Assembly (NCBI GenBank): GCA_964368655.1
Contig: CAYJCC010000001.1
Coordinates: forward strand, 1-33,233
Source of the DNA: an uncultured Lachnospiraceae bacterium
Lineage (GTDB): Bacteria > Bacillota > Clostridia > Christensenellales > UBA1242
Direction of reading: 5' to 3'
Length of the DNA stretch: 33,233 bases
The position numbers and the translations under genes were made by a program. Shown one piece after another: positions 25,320 through 33,233 of this stretch (position 1 is the stretch's first letter; each line of letters opens with the position of its first letter). Below the pieces are notes generated by a model. That model did no database searches and was not told where the DNA came from. It worked only from the letters and a program-made list of their open reading frames with translations.

Positions 25320-25337
25320 TAGAACTAATAATATATA
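25298..25337 (+). repeat. 18-nt perfect direct repeat at a 22-nt period straddling the giant-gene stop codon, which is followed by two further in-frame stops
   Basis: tagaactaataatatata occurs at 25298-25315 and again at 25320-25337. The in-frame reading is ...AGA ACT AAT AAT ATA TAC TAG TAG AAC TAA. Confidence 0.9.
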
Positions 25338-25404
25338 GATATTAAACGGTAATGATAAAAAATTGGAGAGAATAAACGTTCTTAACAAAAAGTTCTTATT
25401 AATT

Positions 25405-25442
25405 AAAAAACAACGTTCATAATTTGGACGTTGTTTTTTTTT
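25405..25442 (+). terminator. Rho-independent terminator of the giant gene (symmetrical A-tract/T-tract, potentially bidirectional)
   Basis: aaaaaacaacgt (25405-25416) pairs perfectly with acgttgtttttt (25428-25439). The stem can be extended by a U17-G27 wobble and C18-G26, leaving a 7-nt loop. A T-run follows through 25442, about 85 nt after the stop codon. Confidence 0.8.
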
Positions 25443-25554
25443 GAGACCTTCGCCACGTGTTCGCAAAAAATATTTGCTCCCTTTATATGTCGTTTTTAGG
25501 CTGATGGGGTCTAAAAAGTCCCGTAAAAAAGTTGTTTTTTATTAAAGAAAAGGG

Positions 25555-25583
25555 TTGACCATTTGGTTTTTTTATGGTAAAAT
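25555..25583 (+). promoter_or_regulatory. rpoBC promoter: TTGACC (25555-25560), 17-nt spacer, extended -10 TGgTAAAAT (25575-25583)
   Basis: The -35 hexamer is near-consensus and the spacing is 17 nt. A TG lies one base upstream of TAAAAT, and the upstream flank is A/T-rich (UP-like). The site lies between the terminator of the giant gene and rpoB. Confidence 0.55.
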
Positions 25584-25606
25584 ACAATTTGTATATAGTG
25601 TAAAAT

Positions 25607-25638
25607 GCGAGGAAAACCGTCGTTTTTCTTCGCCTTTT
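25607..25638 (+). promoter_or_regulatory. Terminator-like hairpin in the rpoB 5' leader (possible attenuator)
   Basis: GCGAGGAAAA (25607-25616) pairs with TTTTCTTCGC (25624-25633): 10 bp including one G-U pair, with a 7-nt loop, followed by CTTTT. A second small hairpin, cgtc/gacg, lies at 25639-25652. The loop bases ccgtc (25617-25621) could alternatively pair with gacgg (25649-25653). Confidence 0.35.
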
Positions 25639-25706
25639 CGTCTCTATGGACGGGTAAAAAATGGCTTTATATAGCAAAAATTTCAAATTACATACGGAGT
25701 CACTGA

Positions 25707-25727
25707 ATAGATAGAGTTTCTATCTAT
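25707..25727 (+). promoter_or_regulatory. Perfect 8-bp inverted repeat/hairpin in the rpoB leader
   Basis: atagatag (25707-25714) and ctatctat (25720-25727) are separated by a 5-nt spacer. Function is unknown: RNA structure or a protein operator. Confidence 0.3.
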
Positions 25728-25812
25728 AAAGAGGCTTTTGCCCTTATGTAGGTTGTAATGCTTGCTTGTAAATATAAAAAGTTTATTATATTGAAAGGAG
25801 AACCTTGTATAT

Positions 25813-28800
25813 ATGCAAAACATTCCATTGACAAGAAAAGTAAAATATGGAAACAATGTAAGACAAACATTTGGCGAACACAAAGAAGTTGTGGAGATGC
25901 CATACTTACTTGAAGTACAGAAAAAATCTTATGAGAGATTTTTGAAAGAAGGAATTGGTGAGGTTCTCAAAGAAGCATCTCCTATTACTGATTACAGCGG
26001 TAAGGCAGAAGTATACTTTTTGGGATACACTCTCGACGAACAGCCTAAGTACACTAGAAAAGAGGCTAAGAGGAGAGGTGGAAACTATACAATAGCCTTA
26101 AAGGTTAAAGTTAGAATCGTTATTAAAGAGACAGGAGAGATTATCGAGAACGAAGTGTTCTTAGGTGATGTTCCTTACATGACTGACGATGCTACTTTTA
26201 TTTTTAATGGAACAGAAAGAGTAGTTATTAACCAAATCGTTAGAAGCCCTAGTGCTTATTATTCTAAAACCGTAGACAAAACTGGTAGAGAGTTGTTTAA
26301 CTGTACCGTTATGCCTTTAGATGGTAGCTGGTTAGAAATGGAGCAAAAAGAGAAAGACCCTAACTTCATTCGTGTATCTTTGGATAAAGGTGGAAAGATT
26401 TCTCTCGGCGTATTCTTAAAGTGTTTTGGATTATTAAAAAATGACATTCTTGATATTTTCGGAAACAACGATATCATGAAAGCAACATTGGATAAAGACG
26501 TTGCAGAAACACAACACGATGCTCTTATTGAGTTGAGTAGAAAGACCAGACCAAGTGAAATTCCAAGTGCAGAAGCAACAAAGGGATATATCTTCTCACA
26601 ATTCTTCAGCACAAAATACTACAATCTTGGTAGAGTTGGTAGATTCAAAGTTGATAAGAAACTTTCACTTTGCAACAGACTTGTTGGACTTGTTTCAGCA
26701 GAGGATATTGGAAAGAAGAGCGACCTTATTGTTAAGAAAGGTGACGTTATTACAGCCGAACAAGCAAAGACCATTCAAGCTAGTGGTATAAACGGTGTTT
26801 GGGTTGAGATTAACGGAAAGAAGCATAAGATGGTTGGTAACAACCGTGTTTGGTTAACAGATATCATTAAGTGTAACGGTGCAGAGATTGGCATCAACGA
26901 AATGGTTCACTATCCAACACTTATGGAAACAATCAAAGGTTGTAAGACAAAAGAAGAGAAGTTTGCTAAAATTCTTGAAAACAAAGAGAACATTACAAAC
27001 CCAACTTTGACAATAGACGATATGTTAGCAAGTATTAGTTACTTGCTTGACCTTAACGAAGGAATCGGCAAGACAGACGTTGTTGACCATTTGAGCAACA
27101 GAAGAATCAAAAGTGCTGGAGACCTTCTCAAGGATTCATTCAGAGACGGTATCATGAAGTTGAGCAACGTTGCTCGTGAAACACTTCAGTCTCATGATTT
27201 AACAGATATAACTCCAGGACAAGTTGTTAACGCTAGACCTGTGAACAGAGCATTTAGAGAATTCTTGGCTCTTCACCAATTGAGTCAGTTGATGGACGAC
27301 ATCAACCCAGCAAGTTCGTTAACACAAAAGAGAAAGATTTCTGCTGTTGGACCAGGTGGTATTAAGAAAGACAGAGCAACTGATGAGGTTCGTGATATTA
27401 ACCACAGCCACTACGGAAGAATCTGTGTTATCGAAACTCCTGAAGGAAGCAACATCGGTCTTATCAACTCACTTGCTAAATATGCAAGAATCAACGATTA
27501 TGGATTCATCGAAGCACCTTATCGTATTGTTGATAAAGCAAAGGGTATTGTTACAAATGATGTCGTATACCTTATGGCAGATGAAGACGAAGATTGTTAT
27601 ATAGCACAAGCTATCGAGCCTGTAAATGAAAAAGGCGAGTTTGTTAATGACACAGTAATTTGTCGTCATTCCGATACAATCTTGGAAGTTCCAAAGAACA
27701 AAGTTGATTATGTTGATATTTCGCCTAGCCAACTTATCTCTGCTTCAACATCTTTGATTCCTTTCCTTGGAAACGACGATGCTAACAGAGCGTTGATGGG
27801 TTCAAACATGCAACGTCAGGCAGTTCCACTAATCACAACTGAAGCACCATATGTTGCAACAGGTGTTGAGTATAAAATAGCTAAAGACAACGGAGCAATT
27901 ATATGTGCAAAGAATGCAGGTAAAGTTACTTACGTTGATGCAGACAAAATTGAGATTTTAACAGATGACGGACAAAAGGACGAATACGAGTTATTAAAGT
28001 TTATCAAAACAAACGAAAAGAGTTGTGTTAACCAAAAAGTTATCGTTAAAGTTGGACAGAAAGTTAAGAAAGACGAGACCATCGCAGACGGATATGCAAC
28101 CAATGGTGGAGAACTTGCCCTTGGAAAGAATGCCCTTATAGCATTCATGAACTGGGAAGGTTACAACTACGAAGATGCTATCTTGCTTAGCGAAAGACTT
28201 GTTAAAGAAGACGTTTATACTTCTATTCACTTAAGTGAGTATGAATTAAAATGTAGAACAACAAAGTTGGGAGACGAAGAAATTACTCGTGACATTCCTA
28301 ACCTTGGTGAAGAAGCCCTTAAAGACCTCGACGAAAACGGTATTATCCGTATCGGTGCAGAGGTAAAGGCAGGGAATATATTGGTTGGTAAGGTTACTCC
28401 AAAGGGAGAGACAGAACCAACTCCAGAAGAGAGACTCTTAAGAGCTATCTTCGGTGAAAAAGCTAGAGATGTTAAAGATGCTTCCTTGAAAGTTCCACAC
28501 GGAACATCAGGAATCGTTGTAGACGTTCAAGTATTTAGCAAGAAAAACAAAGACGAACTTGAAACTGGCGTTAATATGATGGTTAAGGTTATCATCGCCG
28601 AGAAACGTAAAATCGGTGTCGGAGATAAGATGGCTGGACGTCACGGAAATAAAGGTATCGTTTCAAGAATCCTTCCAGTTGAAGATATGCCATTCATGGC
28701 AAATGGTCAACCAGTTGATATCGTGTTGAACCCTCTTGGAATTCCTTCAAGAATGAACGTTGGACAGGTGCTTGAAGTTCACTTGGGACTAGTTGCTAAC

Positions 28801-29508
28801 GCATTAGGTATCAAGTTTGCTACACCATGTTTCGACGGCGCAACAGAAAAAGATATTAGAGAATTGTTGAAAGCTAACAACTTCCCAGACAACGCAAAGA
28901 TTCAGTTGTTTGACGGAAGAACGGGTGAAGCTTTCGATAACGCAGTAACTGTTGGTTATATGTACTACTTGAAGTTGGAACATATGGCTACAGATAAAAT
29001 GCACGCACGTGCAACCGGAAAATATGCTTACGTTACCCAACAACCTCTTGGAGGTAAAGCACTCTTCGGAGGACAACGTCTTGGAGAAATGGAAGTTTGG
29101 GCATTGGAAGCATACGGCGCAAGTAAATTGTTACAAGAAATGATGACAGTCAAATCTGATGACGTTGAGGGTAGATACAACATGATGAAGGCTATACTTG
29201 ACGGAAAACAATTCCCAGAGCCAGGAGTGCCAGAAGCATTTAAGGTATTGTTAAAAGAATTAAGAGGTCTTGGTTTGGATATCCAAATGTTGACTTCTGA
29301 TAACAAAGAATTCGATTTAAGTGAACTTTATCAAGATACAACCGAAACATTCAGCGAGGTTACAAAACCACGTGAGGAAGTTGAGGACGTTTTACTTGAC
29401 TTCGCTGACGAAGTTGAATTAAAGAAAGATGAAGACGAAGATACAGATGTTGATGACCTCTTTGATGAATCTGGTCTATTTGATGACTTCAGTGATGATG
29501 AAGAGTAA
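25813..29508 (+). CDS. rpoB: DNA-directed RNA polymerase subunit beta
   Basis: The ORF is 1231 aa with conserved beta-subunit blocks readable in the translation: QLSQLMDDINP..LTQKRKISAVGPGG (Rif cluster I), IETPEGSNIGLINSL, NMQRQAVPL, GDKMAGRHGNKG and GGQRLGEMEVWALEAYGA. The SD AAAGGAG lies at 25794-25800, a rather long 12-nt spacing from the ATG. The stop is TAA. Confidence 0.97.
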   Translation: MQNIPLTRKVKYGNNVRQTFGEHKEVVEMPYLLEVQKKSYERFLKEGIGEVLKEASPITDYSGKAEVYFLGYTLDEQPKYTRKEAKRRGGNYTIALKVKVRIVIKETGEIIENEVFLGDVPYMTDDATFIFNGTERVVINQIVRSPSAYYSKTVDKTGRELFNCTVMPLDGSWLEMEQKEKDPNFIRVSLDKGGKISLGVFLKCFGLLKNDILDIFGNNDIMKATLDKDVAETQHDALIELSRKTRPSEIPSAEATKGYIFSQFFSTKYYNLGRVGRFKVDKKLSLCNRLVGLVSAEDIGKKSDLIVKKGDVITAEQAKTIQASGINGVWVEINGKKHKMVGNNRVWLTDIIKCNGAEIGINEMVHYPTLMETIKGCKTKEEKFAKILENKENITNPTLTIDDMLASISYLLDLNEGIGKTDVVDHLSNRRIKSAGDLLKDSFRDGIMKLSNVARETLQSHDLTDITPGQVVNARPVNRAFREFLALHQLSQLMDDINPASSLTQKRKISAVGPGGIKKDRATDEVRDINHSHYGRICVIETPEGSNIGLINSLAKYARINDYGFIEAPYRIVDKAKGIVTNDVVYLMADEDEDCYIAQAIEPVNEKGEFVNDTVICRHSDTILEVPKNKVDYVDISPSQLISASTSLIPFLGNDDANRALMGSNMQRQAVPLITTEAPYVATGVEYKIAKDNGAIICAKNAGKVTYVDADKIEILTDDGQKDEYELLKFIKTNEKSCVNQKVIVKVGQKVKKDETIADGYATNGGELALGKNALIAFMNWEGYNYEDAILLSERLVKEDVYTSIHLSEYELKCRTTKLGDEEITRDIPNLGEEALKDLDENGIIRIGAEVKAGNILVGKVTPKGETEPTPEERLLRAIFGEKARDVKDASLKVPHGTSGIVVDVQVFSKKNKDELETGVNMMVKVIIAEKRKIGVGDKMAGRHGNKGIVSRILPVEDMPFMANGQPVDIVLNPLGIPSRMNVGQVLEVHLGLVANALGIKFATPCFDGATEKDIRELLKANNFPDNAKIQLFDGRTGEAFDNAVTVGYMYYLKLEHMATDKMHARATGKYAYVTQQPLGGKALFGGQRLGEMEVWALEAYGASKLLQEMMTVKSDDVEGRYNMMKAILDGKQFPEPGVPEAFKVLLKELRGLGLDIQMLTSDNKEFDLSELYQDTTETFSEVTKPREEVEDVLLDFADEVELKKDEDEDTDVDDLFDESGLFDDFSDDEE

Positions 29509-29523
29509 TAGGAGTTGTAGAGT

Positions 29524-32500
29524 ATGTTTGAATTAAACAATTTAGCGTCAATAAGAATTGGTATAGCCTCACCAGAGAAAATCAGAGAATGGTCTCATGG
29601 TGAAGTAACCAAATCAGAGACAATTAACTATCGTACACATAAACCTGAAACAGGTGGTTTGTTGTGTGAAAGAATTTTTGGACCTAGTAAAAACTGGGAA
29701 TGTCACTGTGGTAAATACAAGAGAATACGTCATAAAGGCGTAATCTGTGACAAATGTGGAGTTGAAGTTACAAAGAGTGCTGTTCGTCGTGAGAGAATGG
29801 GACATATTGAACTTGCTACTCCAGTTGTTCACGTTTGGTTTATGCAAAGCGTTCCTTCAAGAATAGGTATCTTGTTAAACTTAAACGCAAAACAACTCGA
29901 AAAGATTGTTTACTACGTTAGTTTTATTGTAACCGATCCAGGAAAAACTGAATTCACAAAGATGCAAGTTATTTCTGACTTGGAATACAGAGAAGCAATC
30001 GAAAAGTTTGGATACAATTCATTCAAGGCAAGTATGGGTGGAGAGGCTATCAGAACATTGTTGTCTGAAATAGACCTTGAAAAAGAAGCTGCCGATATGA
30101 AGAAAGACTTGGAAACAGCTAAAGGATTGAAGAGAGTTAAGTTAAACAAGAGAATAGAAGTTGTTCAATCTCTTCTTAAGAGTGGTAATAGACCTGAATG
30201 GATGGTTATGGAAGTCGTTCCAGTTATCCCACCAGAGTTAAGACCTATGATTCAGCTTGACGGTGGAAGATTTGCGACAAGTGATATAAACGACTTATAC
30301 AGAAGAATAATAAACAGAAACAACCGTTTGAAGAAATTTATTTCAATGGGTGCGCCTGAAGTTATTGTTCGTAACGAAAAGAGAATGTTACAAGAAGCTG
30401 TTGATGCCCTTATCGAAAACGGAAAGGGTAGAGCAAAGAGCGTAACAGGACCAAAACAAAGAGAGTTGAAGAGCTTGACATCTGGATTGAAGGGAAAACC
30501 TGGTAGATTCAGACAAAACCTTCTTGGAAAGCGTGTTGACTATTCAGGTAGAGCAGTTATCGTTGTTGGACCAGAATTGAAAATATATCAATGTGGTCTT
30601 CCAAAAGAAATGGCACTTGAATTGTTCAAGCCATTCATTATGAGAAAGTTGCAAGAGAGAAATCTATCCCTCAGCATTAAGAGTAGCAAGAAGCTCATTG
30701 AACAGAAAAAACCGGAAGTTTGGGATATTCTTGAAGAAGTTATCAAAGACCATCCAGTATTGTTGAACAGAGCTCCATCATTGCACAAACTTTCATTCCA
30801 AGCGTTTGAACCTGTGCTAGTTGAAGGTAAAGCTATAAAACTTCACCCATTGGTTTGTGGTGGGTTTAACGCCGACTTCGACGGAGACCAAATGAGTGTT
30901 CACGTTCCTCTATCTGTAGAGGCACAAACAGAAGCTAGAGTTCTTATGTTGGCAAGTAACAACGTATTAAAACCATCAGATGGTAAACCTGTTATGAAGC
31001 CTACCCAAGACGTCGTTTTAGGTATTTACTACTTAACAATCGATAAAGAAGGGGCAAAGGGCGAAGGTATGGTATTTGCTGATGAAGACGAAGCGATAGT
31101 TGCTTATTCCACTGGAGTTTTGGACCTTCAAGCAAAGATAAAAGTAAGAAGACAAGCAGAATTTGAGGGCGAAACAGTTGAAAAACTTGTTGAAACAACT
31201 GTTGGTAGAATCTTATTCAACCAAAAGATTCCTCAGAATATCGGTTTTGTTGATAGAACATTAAAAGAAAATGCTTGTGAATACGAAATAAACAGAACTG
31301 TTGGAAATAAGGATTACGGAGATATTATCGGAAAATGTTTCGATAAACTTGGTATCACACAAACAGTTATCATGTTGGATAACATTAAAGAAATGGGTTA
31401 CAAATACTCAACTCTTGGTGCTATCACAATCAACGTATTTGATATGCATATTCCTGCAGAGAGAAAGATAATCATTGATGAAACTCAAGCAAAAGTTAAA
31501 GAAAACGAATCATTCTATAATAAAGGATTCTTGACTCAAGACGAAAAGCTTACAAGAAATATCGAACTTTGGGGTATTGCTACTAATAAAATTAAGTTAG
31601 CAGCTCTTGCCAACATGGACAAGATGAACCCGGTTAAGATGATGGCTGAATCTGGTGCGAGAGGAAACCCTGAACAGTTGATGCAGCTTTGTGGTATTCG
31701 TGGTATCATGAGTAGCGCATCTGGTAAGAAAATAGATATTCCAGTTCTTAACAACTTCCGTTTGGGATTGAGCCCACTTGACTACTTCTTGTCATCACGT
31801 GGTTCACGTAAATCCCTTACCGATAAAGTTTTGAAAACAGCTGATGCTGGTTACTTAACAAGACGTTTGGTTGACGTTGCTAATGACGTTATCGTTGTAG
31901 AAGACGACTGTTTCAAGAACAACGGAGAAAAGCCAAAGGGAGTTAGAGTATCTGCTATTGTTAAAGACGGAACTCCTGTATGTTCATTACAAGATAGAAT
32001 TGTTGGAAGATACACTGTTGAGGAGGTTGTTGACCCTAAGACAAAGAAAGTTATCGTTCCAGCTGATGCACTTATTACTCCAGCTTTGGCAAAAGCTGTT
32101 GCTGATGCAGGTGTTACATCTGTAAATATCAGAACATTGTTCACTTGCCGTAGCAAAAACGGAATATGTGCTAAATGTTACGGAAAGAACATGACAACAA
32201 ATAATATCGTTCCTATTGGTGAAGCAGTAGGTATCATCGCAGCTCAAGCTATCGGTGAACCAGGTACACAGCTTACCATGAGAACCTTCCATACCGGTGG
32301 TGTTGCATCTGCAGCCGATATTACTCAAGGTCTTCCAAGAGTTAACGAGTTGTTCGAAGCAAGACGTCCAAAGGGTGTTGCAACAGTTGCTGAAGTTGCT
32401 GGTAAAGTGCTTATTAAAGAAGTTAAATCTGCTGGTAGAGACGGTGGTATTTACTACGAAATCTTTGTTAAGAATCCAGAAGGAGATGGTCACTATATCA

Positions 32501-33126
32501 TTCCTGCCGGAATTCAGTTAAAGGTTAAGAATGGTGAACAAGTTGAAGCTGGTACAGTATTAACAGATGGTCCTATCTATCCTAACGACTTCTTAAGAAC
32601 AAGAGGTGTTAGAGAAGTTCAGGATTACATTATGTCTGAAGTACTTGCAACATACAACAGTCAAGGTGTTCGTATCAACCCTAAACACGTTGAAATCATC
32701 GTTAGACAAATGTTACAAAACGTTCTCATTGAAGAGTCAGGAGATACTTCATTGCTTGTTGGCGATATCGTAAACGTTTACAAGTACGAAGAAGAAAACG
32801 AAAGAGTTCTTAGCGAGGGTGGAGTACCTGCTACAGCAAAGAGACTTGTTCAAGGTATTACAAAGGCAAGTCTTGCAAGTGAAAGCTTCTTATCAGCAGC
32901 AGCCTTCCAAGAAACCTCAAAGGTTCTCACCAGCGCCGCTATAAAGGGAAAGGTAGACAAACTTGTAGGTATCAAGGAAAATGTTATGATGGGCAAGTTA
33001 ATTCCAGCAGGAACAGGCTTCAAGAGCTTCAAAATGGTTACTCCAGTTGATCCAACTGCTACAAAAGTTGTAGACGACAAGATTGACGAATCAGTAGCAA
33101 AATTCTTTGAAGAAGAAGTATTATAA
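29524..33126 (+). CDS. rpoC: DNA-directed RNA polymerase subunit beta'
   Basis: The ORF is 1200 aa. It has the Zn-binding CHCGKYKRIRHKGVICDKCG, RAPSLHKLSFQAFEP and the catalytic NADFDGDQM (30868-30894). The length is typical of Gram-positive beta' without the large proteobacterial insertion. The SD AGGAG at 29510-29514 is 9 nt before the ATG, and there is a 15-nt gap after the rpoB stop. Confidence 0.97.
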   Translation: MFELNNLASIRIGIASPEKIREWSHGEVTKSETINYRTHKPETGGLLCERIFGPSKNWECHCGKYKRIRHKGVICDKCGVEVTKSAVRRERMGHIELATPVVHVWFMQSVPSRIGILLNLNAKQLEKIVYYVSFIVTDPGKTEFTKMQVISDLEYREAIEKFGYNSFKASMGGEAIRTLLSEIDLEKEAADMKKDLETAKGLKRVKLNKRIEVVQSLLKSGNRPEWMVMEVVPVIPPELRPMIQLDGGRFATSDINDLYRRIINRNNRLKKFISMGAPEVIVRNEKRMLQEAVDALIENGKGRAKSVTGPKQRELKSLTSGLKGKPGRFRQNLLGKRVDYSGRAVIVVGPELKIYQCGLPKEMALELFKPFIMRKLQERNLSLSIKSSKKLIEQKKPEVWDILEEVIKDHPVLLNRAPSLHKLSFQAFEPVLVEGKAIKLHPLVCGGFNADFDGDQMSVHVPLSVEAQTEARVLMLASNNVLKPSDGKPVMKPTQDVVLGIYYLTIDKEGAKGEGMVFADEDEAIVAYSTGVLDLQAKIKVRRQAEFEGETVEKLVETTVGRILFNQKIPQNIGFVDRTLKENACEYEINRTVGNKDYGDIIGKCFDKLGITQTVIMLDNIKEMGYKYSTLGAITINVFDMHIPAERKIIIDETQAKVKENESFYNKGFLTQDEKLTRNIELWGIATNKIKLAALANMDKMNPVKMMAESGARGNPEQLMQLCGIRGIMSSASGKKIDIPVLNNFRLGLSPLDYFLSSRGSRKSLTDKVLKTADAGYLTRRLVDVANDVIVVEDDCFKNNGEKPKGVRVSAIVKDGTPVCSLQDRIVGRYTVEEVVDPKTKKVIVPADALITPALAKAVADAGVTSVNIRTLFTCRSKNGICAKCYGKNMTTNNIVPIGEAVGIIAAQAIGEPGTQLTMRTFHTGGVASAADITQGLPRVNELFEARRPKGVATVAEVAGKVLIKEVKSAGRDGGIYYEIFVKNPEGDGHYIIPAGIQLKVKNGEQVEAGTVLTDGPIYPNDFLRTRGVREVQDYIMSEVLATYNSQGVRINPKHVEIIVRQMLQNVLIEESGDTSLLVGDIVNVYKYEEENERVLSEGGVPATAKRLVQGITKASLASESFLSAAAFQETSKVLTSAAIKGKVDKLVGIKENVMMGKLIPAGTGFKSFKMVTPVDPTATKVVDDKIDESVAKFFEEEVL

Positions 33127-33131
33127 AAATT

Positions 33132-33163
33132 AAAAAGAGTTGGTGTAAGCCGACTCTTTTTTT
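33132..33163 (+). terminator. Rho-independent terminator after rpoC
   Basis: aaaaagagttgg (33132-33143) pairs with ccgactcttttt (33050+: 33150-33161): 12 bp including one U-G pair, with the 6-nt loop tgtaag. The T-run extends to 33163 and the structure begins 6 nt after the TAA stop. Confidence 0.8.
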
Positions 33164-33199
33164 GTCTTTAATATATAAAAACTTTTTTCAAAAAAGGTA

Positions 33200-33228
33200 T
33201 TTACAAAAACCACAATATATAGTATAAT
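33200..33228 (+). promoter_or_regulatory. Promoter for the next downstream gene: TTTACA (33200-33205), 17-nt spacer, TATAAT (33223-33228)
   Basis: The -35 hexamer matches 5 of 6 positions, the -10 is perfect and the spacing is optimal, directly after the rpoC terminator. The downstream gene lies outside the window. Confidence 0.5.
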
Positions 33229-33233
33229 ACAAC

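Noticed and set aside
137-25466. About 45 minus-strand ORFs of 60-139 aa inside or overlapping the giant gene (e.g. 17942-18361, 13833-14210, 20745-21122, 137-487). Several have recurring 'PTIPP/PPI' peptides.
   Set aside because: All are embedded antisense to an 8,374-codon ORF with strong coding signatures. The Pro-rich peptides are just the reverse complement of the GGxxGG (GLUG) codons. No SD sites or independent signals were seen.
25741-25790. A possible second rpoB-proximal promoter (TTGCTT-16-TATTAT, around 25762-25789).
   Set aside because: The hexamers are weak and the stretch is very AT-rich, so such matches are expected by chance. It cannot be distinguished from background without 5'-end data.
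24708-25812. A diversity-generating retroelement targeting the C-terminal domain (VR/TR pair plus reverse transcriptase).
   Set aside because: I could see no second copy of the C-terminal coding sequence in the flanking intergenic DNA. There is no RT gene in the window. The only nearby repeat is the 18-nt duplication at the stop codon.
1-25812. The giant gene as cargo of a mobile element or genomic island inserted upstream of rpoB.
   Set aside because: No transposase, integrase, tRNA attachment site or flanking direct or inverted repeats are visible within the window. Only the unusual synteny supports the idea, and that is reported separately as a finding.
25284-25883. Minus-strand ORFs in the giant-gene/rpoB intergenic region (25284-25466, 25483-25686, 25683-25883).
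   Set aside because: They overlap the terminator, the rpoB promoter/leader or the rpoB start. At least one starts at a non-ATG codon. They have no SD site and their translations are low-complexity and basic/hydrophobic. Most likely spurious.
26259-33080. Antisense or alternative-frame ORFs inside rpoB/rpoC (e.g. 26259-26612, 31987-32493 at 168 aa, 27347-27604).
   Set aside because: They are embedded in universally conserved RNA polymerase genes and have no independent expression signals. These are typical shadow ORFs.
1-33233. Mycoplasma/Spiroplasma genetic code (TGA = Trp), suggested by AT-richness and the RpoB Rif-cluster residue.
   Set aside because: All three long ORFs are intact under the standard code with Trp encoded by TGG. 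TGA never appears in frame, so there is no evidence for code 4.

Overview
This is an AT-rich window that uses the standard genetic code: there is no in-frame TGA in about 10,800 codons and Trp is always TGG. The style is low-GC Gram-positive (Bacillota or Mollicutes-related), with GGAGG-type Shine-Dalgarno (SD) sites and a 1200-aa beta' subunit. That taxonomic placement is inference only. The window holds three genes, all on the + strand.

1. One uninterrupted 25,125-nt ORF (195-25319, about 75% of the window) encodes an 8,374-aa predicted surface lipoprotein.
   - It has its own consensus promoter, a lipobox signal peptide and an intrinsic terminator.
   - It is built from Ig-like beta-sandwich arrays.
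   - It contains seven reiterated 'cap + GLUG-type GG[IV]xG beta-helix' modules, roughly 90 GLUG-like repeats by hand count.
   - Helical linker regions between modules carry a repeat I do not recognise.
   - It ends in a roughly 200-aa non-repetitive C-terminal domain.
2. rpoB (25813-29508).
3. rpoC (29524-33126), 15 nt downstream of rpoB and followed by a terminator and a consensus promoter for the next gene.

No RNA genes, CRISPR arrays, transposases, integrases or multi-gene defence-type systems are visible. The candidate for something undescribed is the giant gene itself: its size, its modular build and its unclassified helical repeat family, sitting where rplJ-rplL normally lie upstream of rpoB.

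A second notable point is a natural Gln at the rifampicin-critical His (E. coli H526) in RpoB.

All domain calls come from motif reading by eye. No database search or structure prediction was possible.
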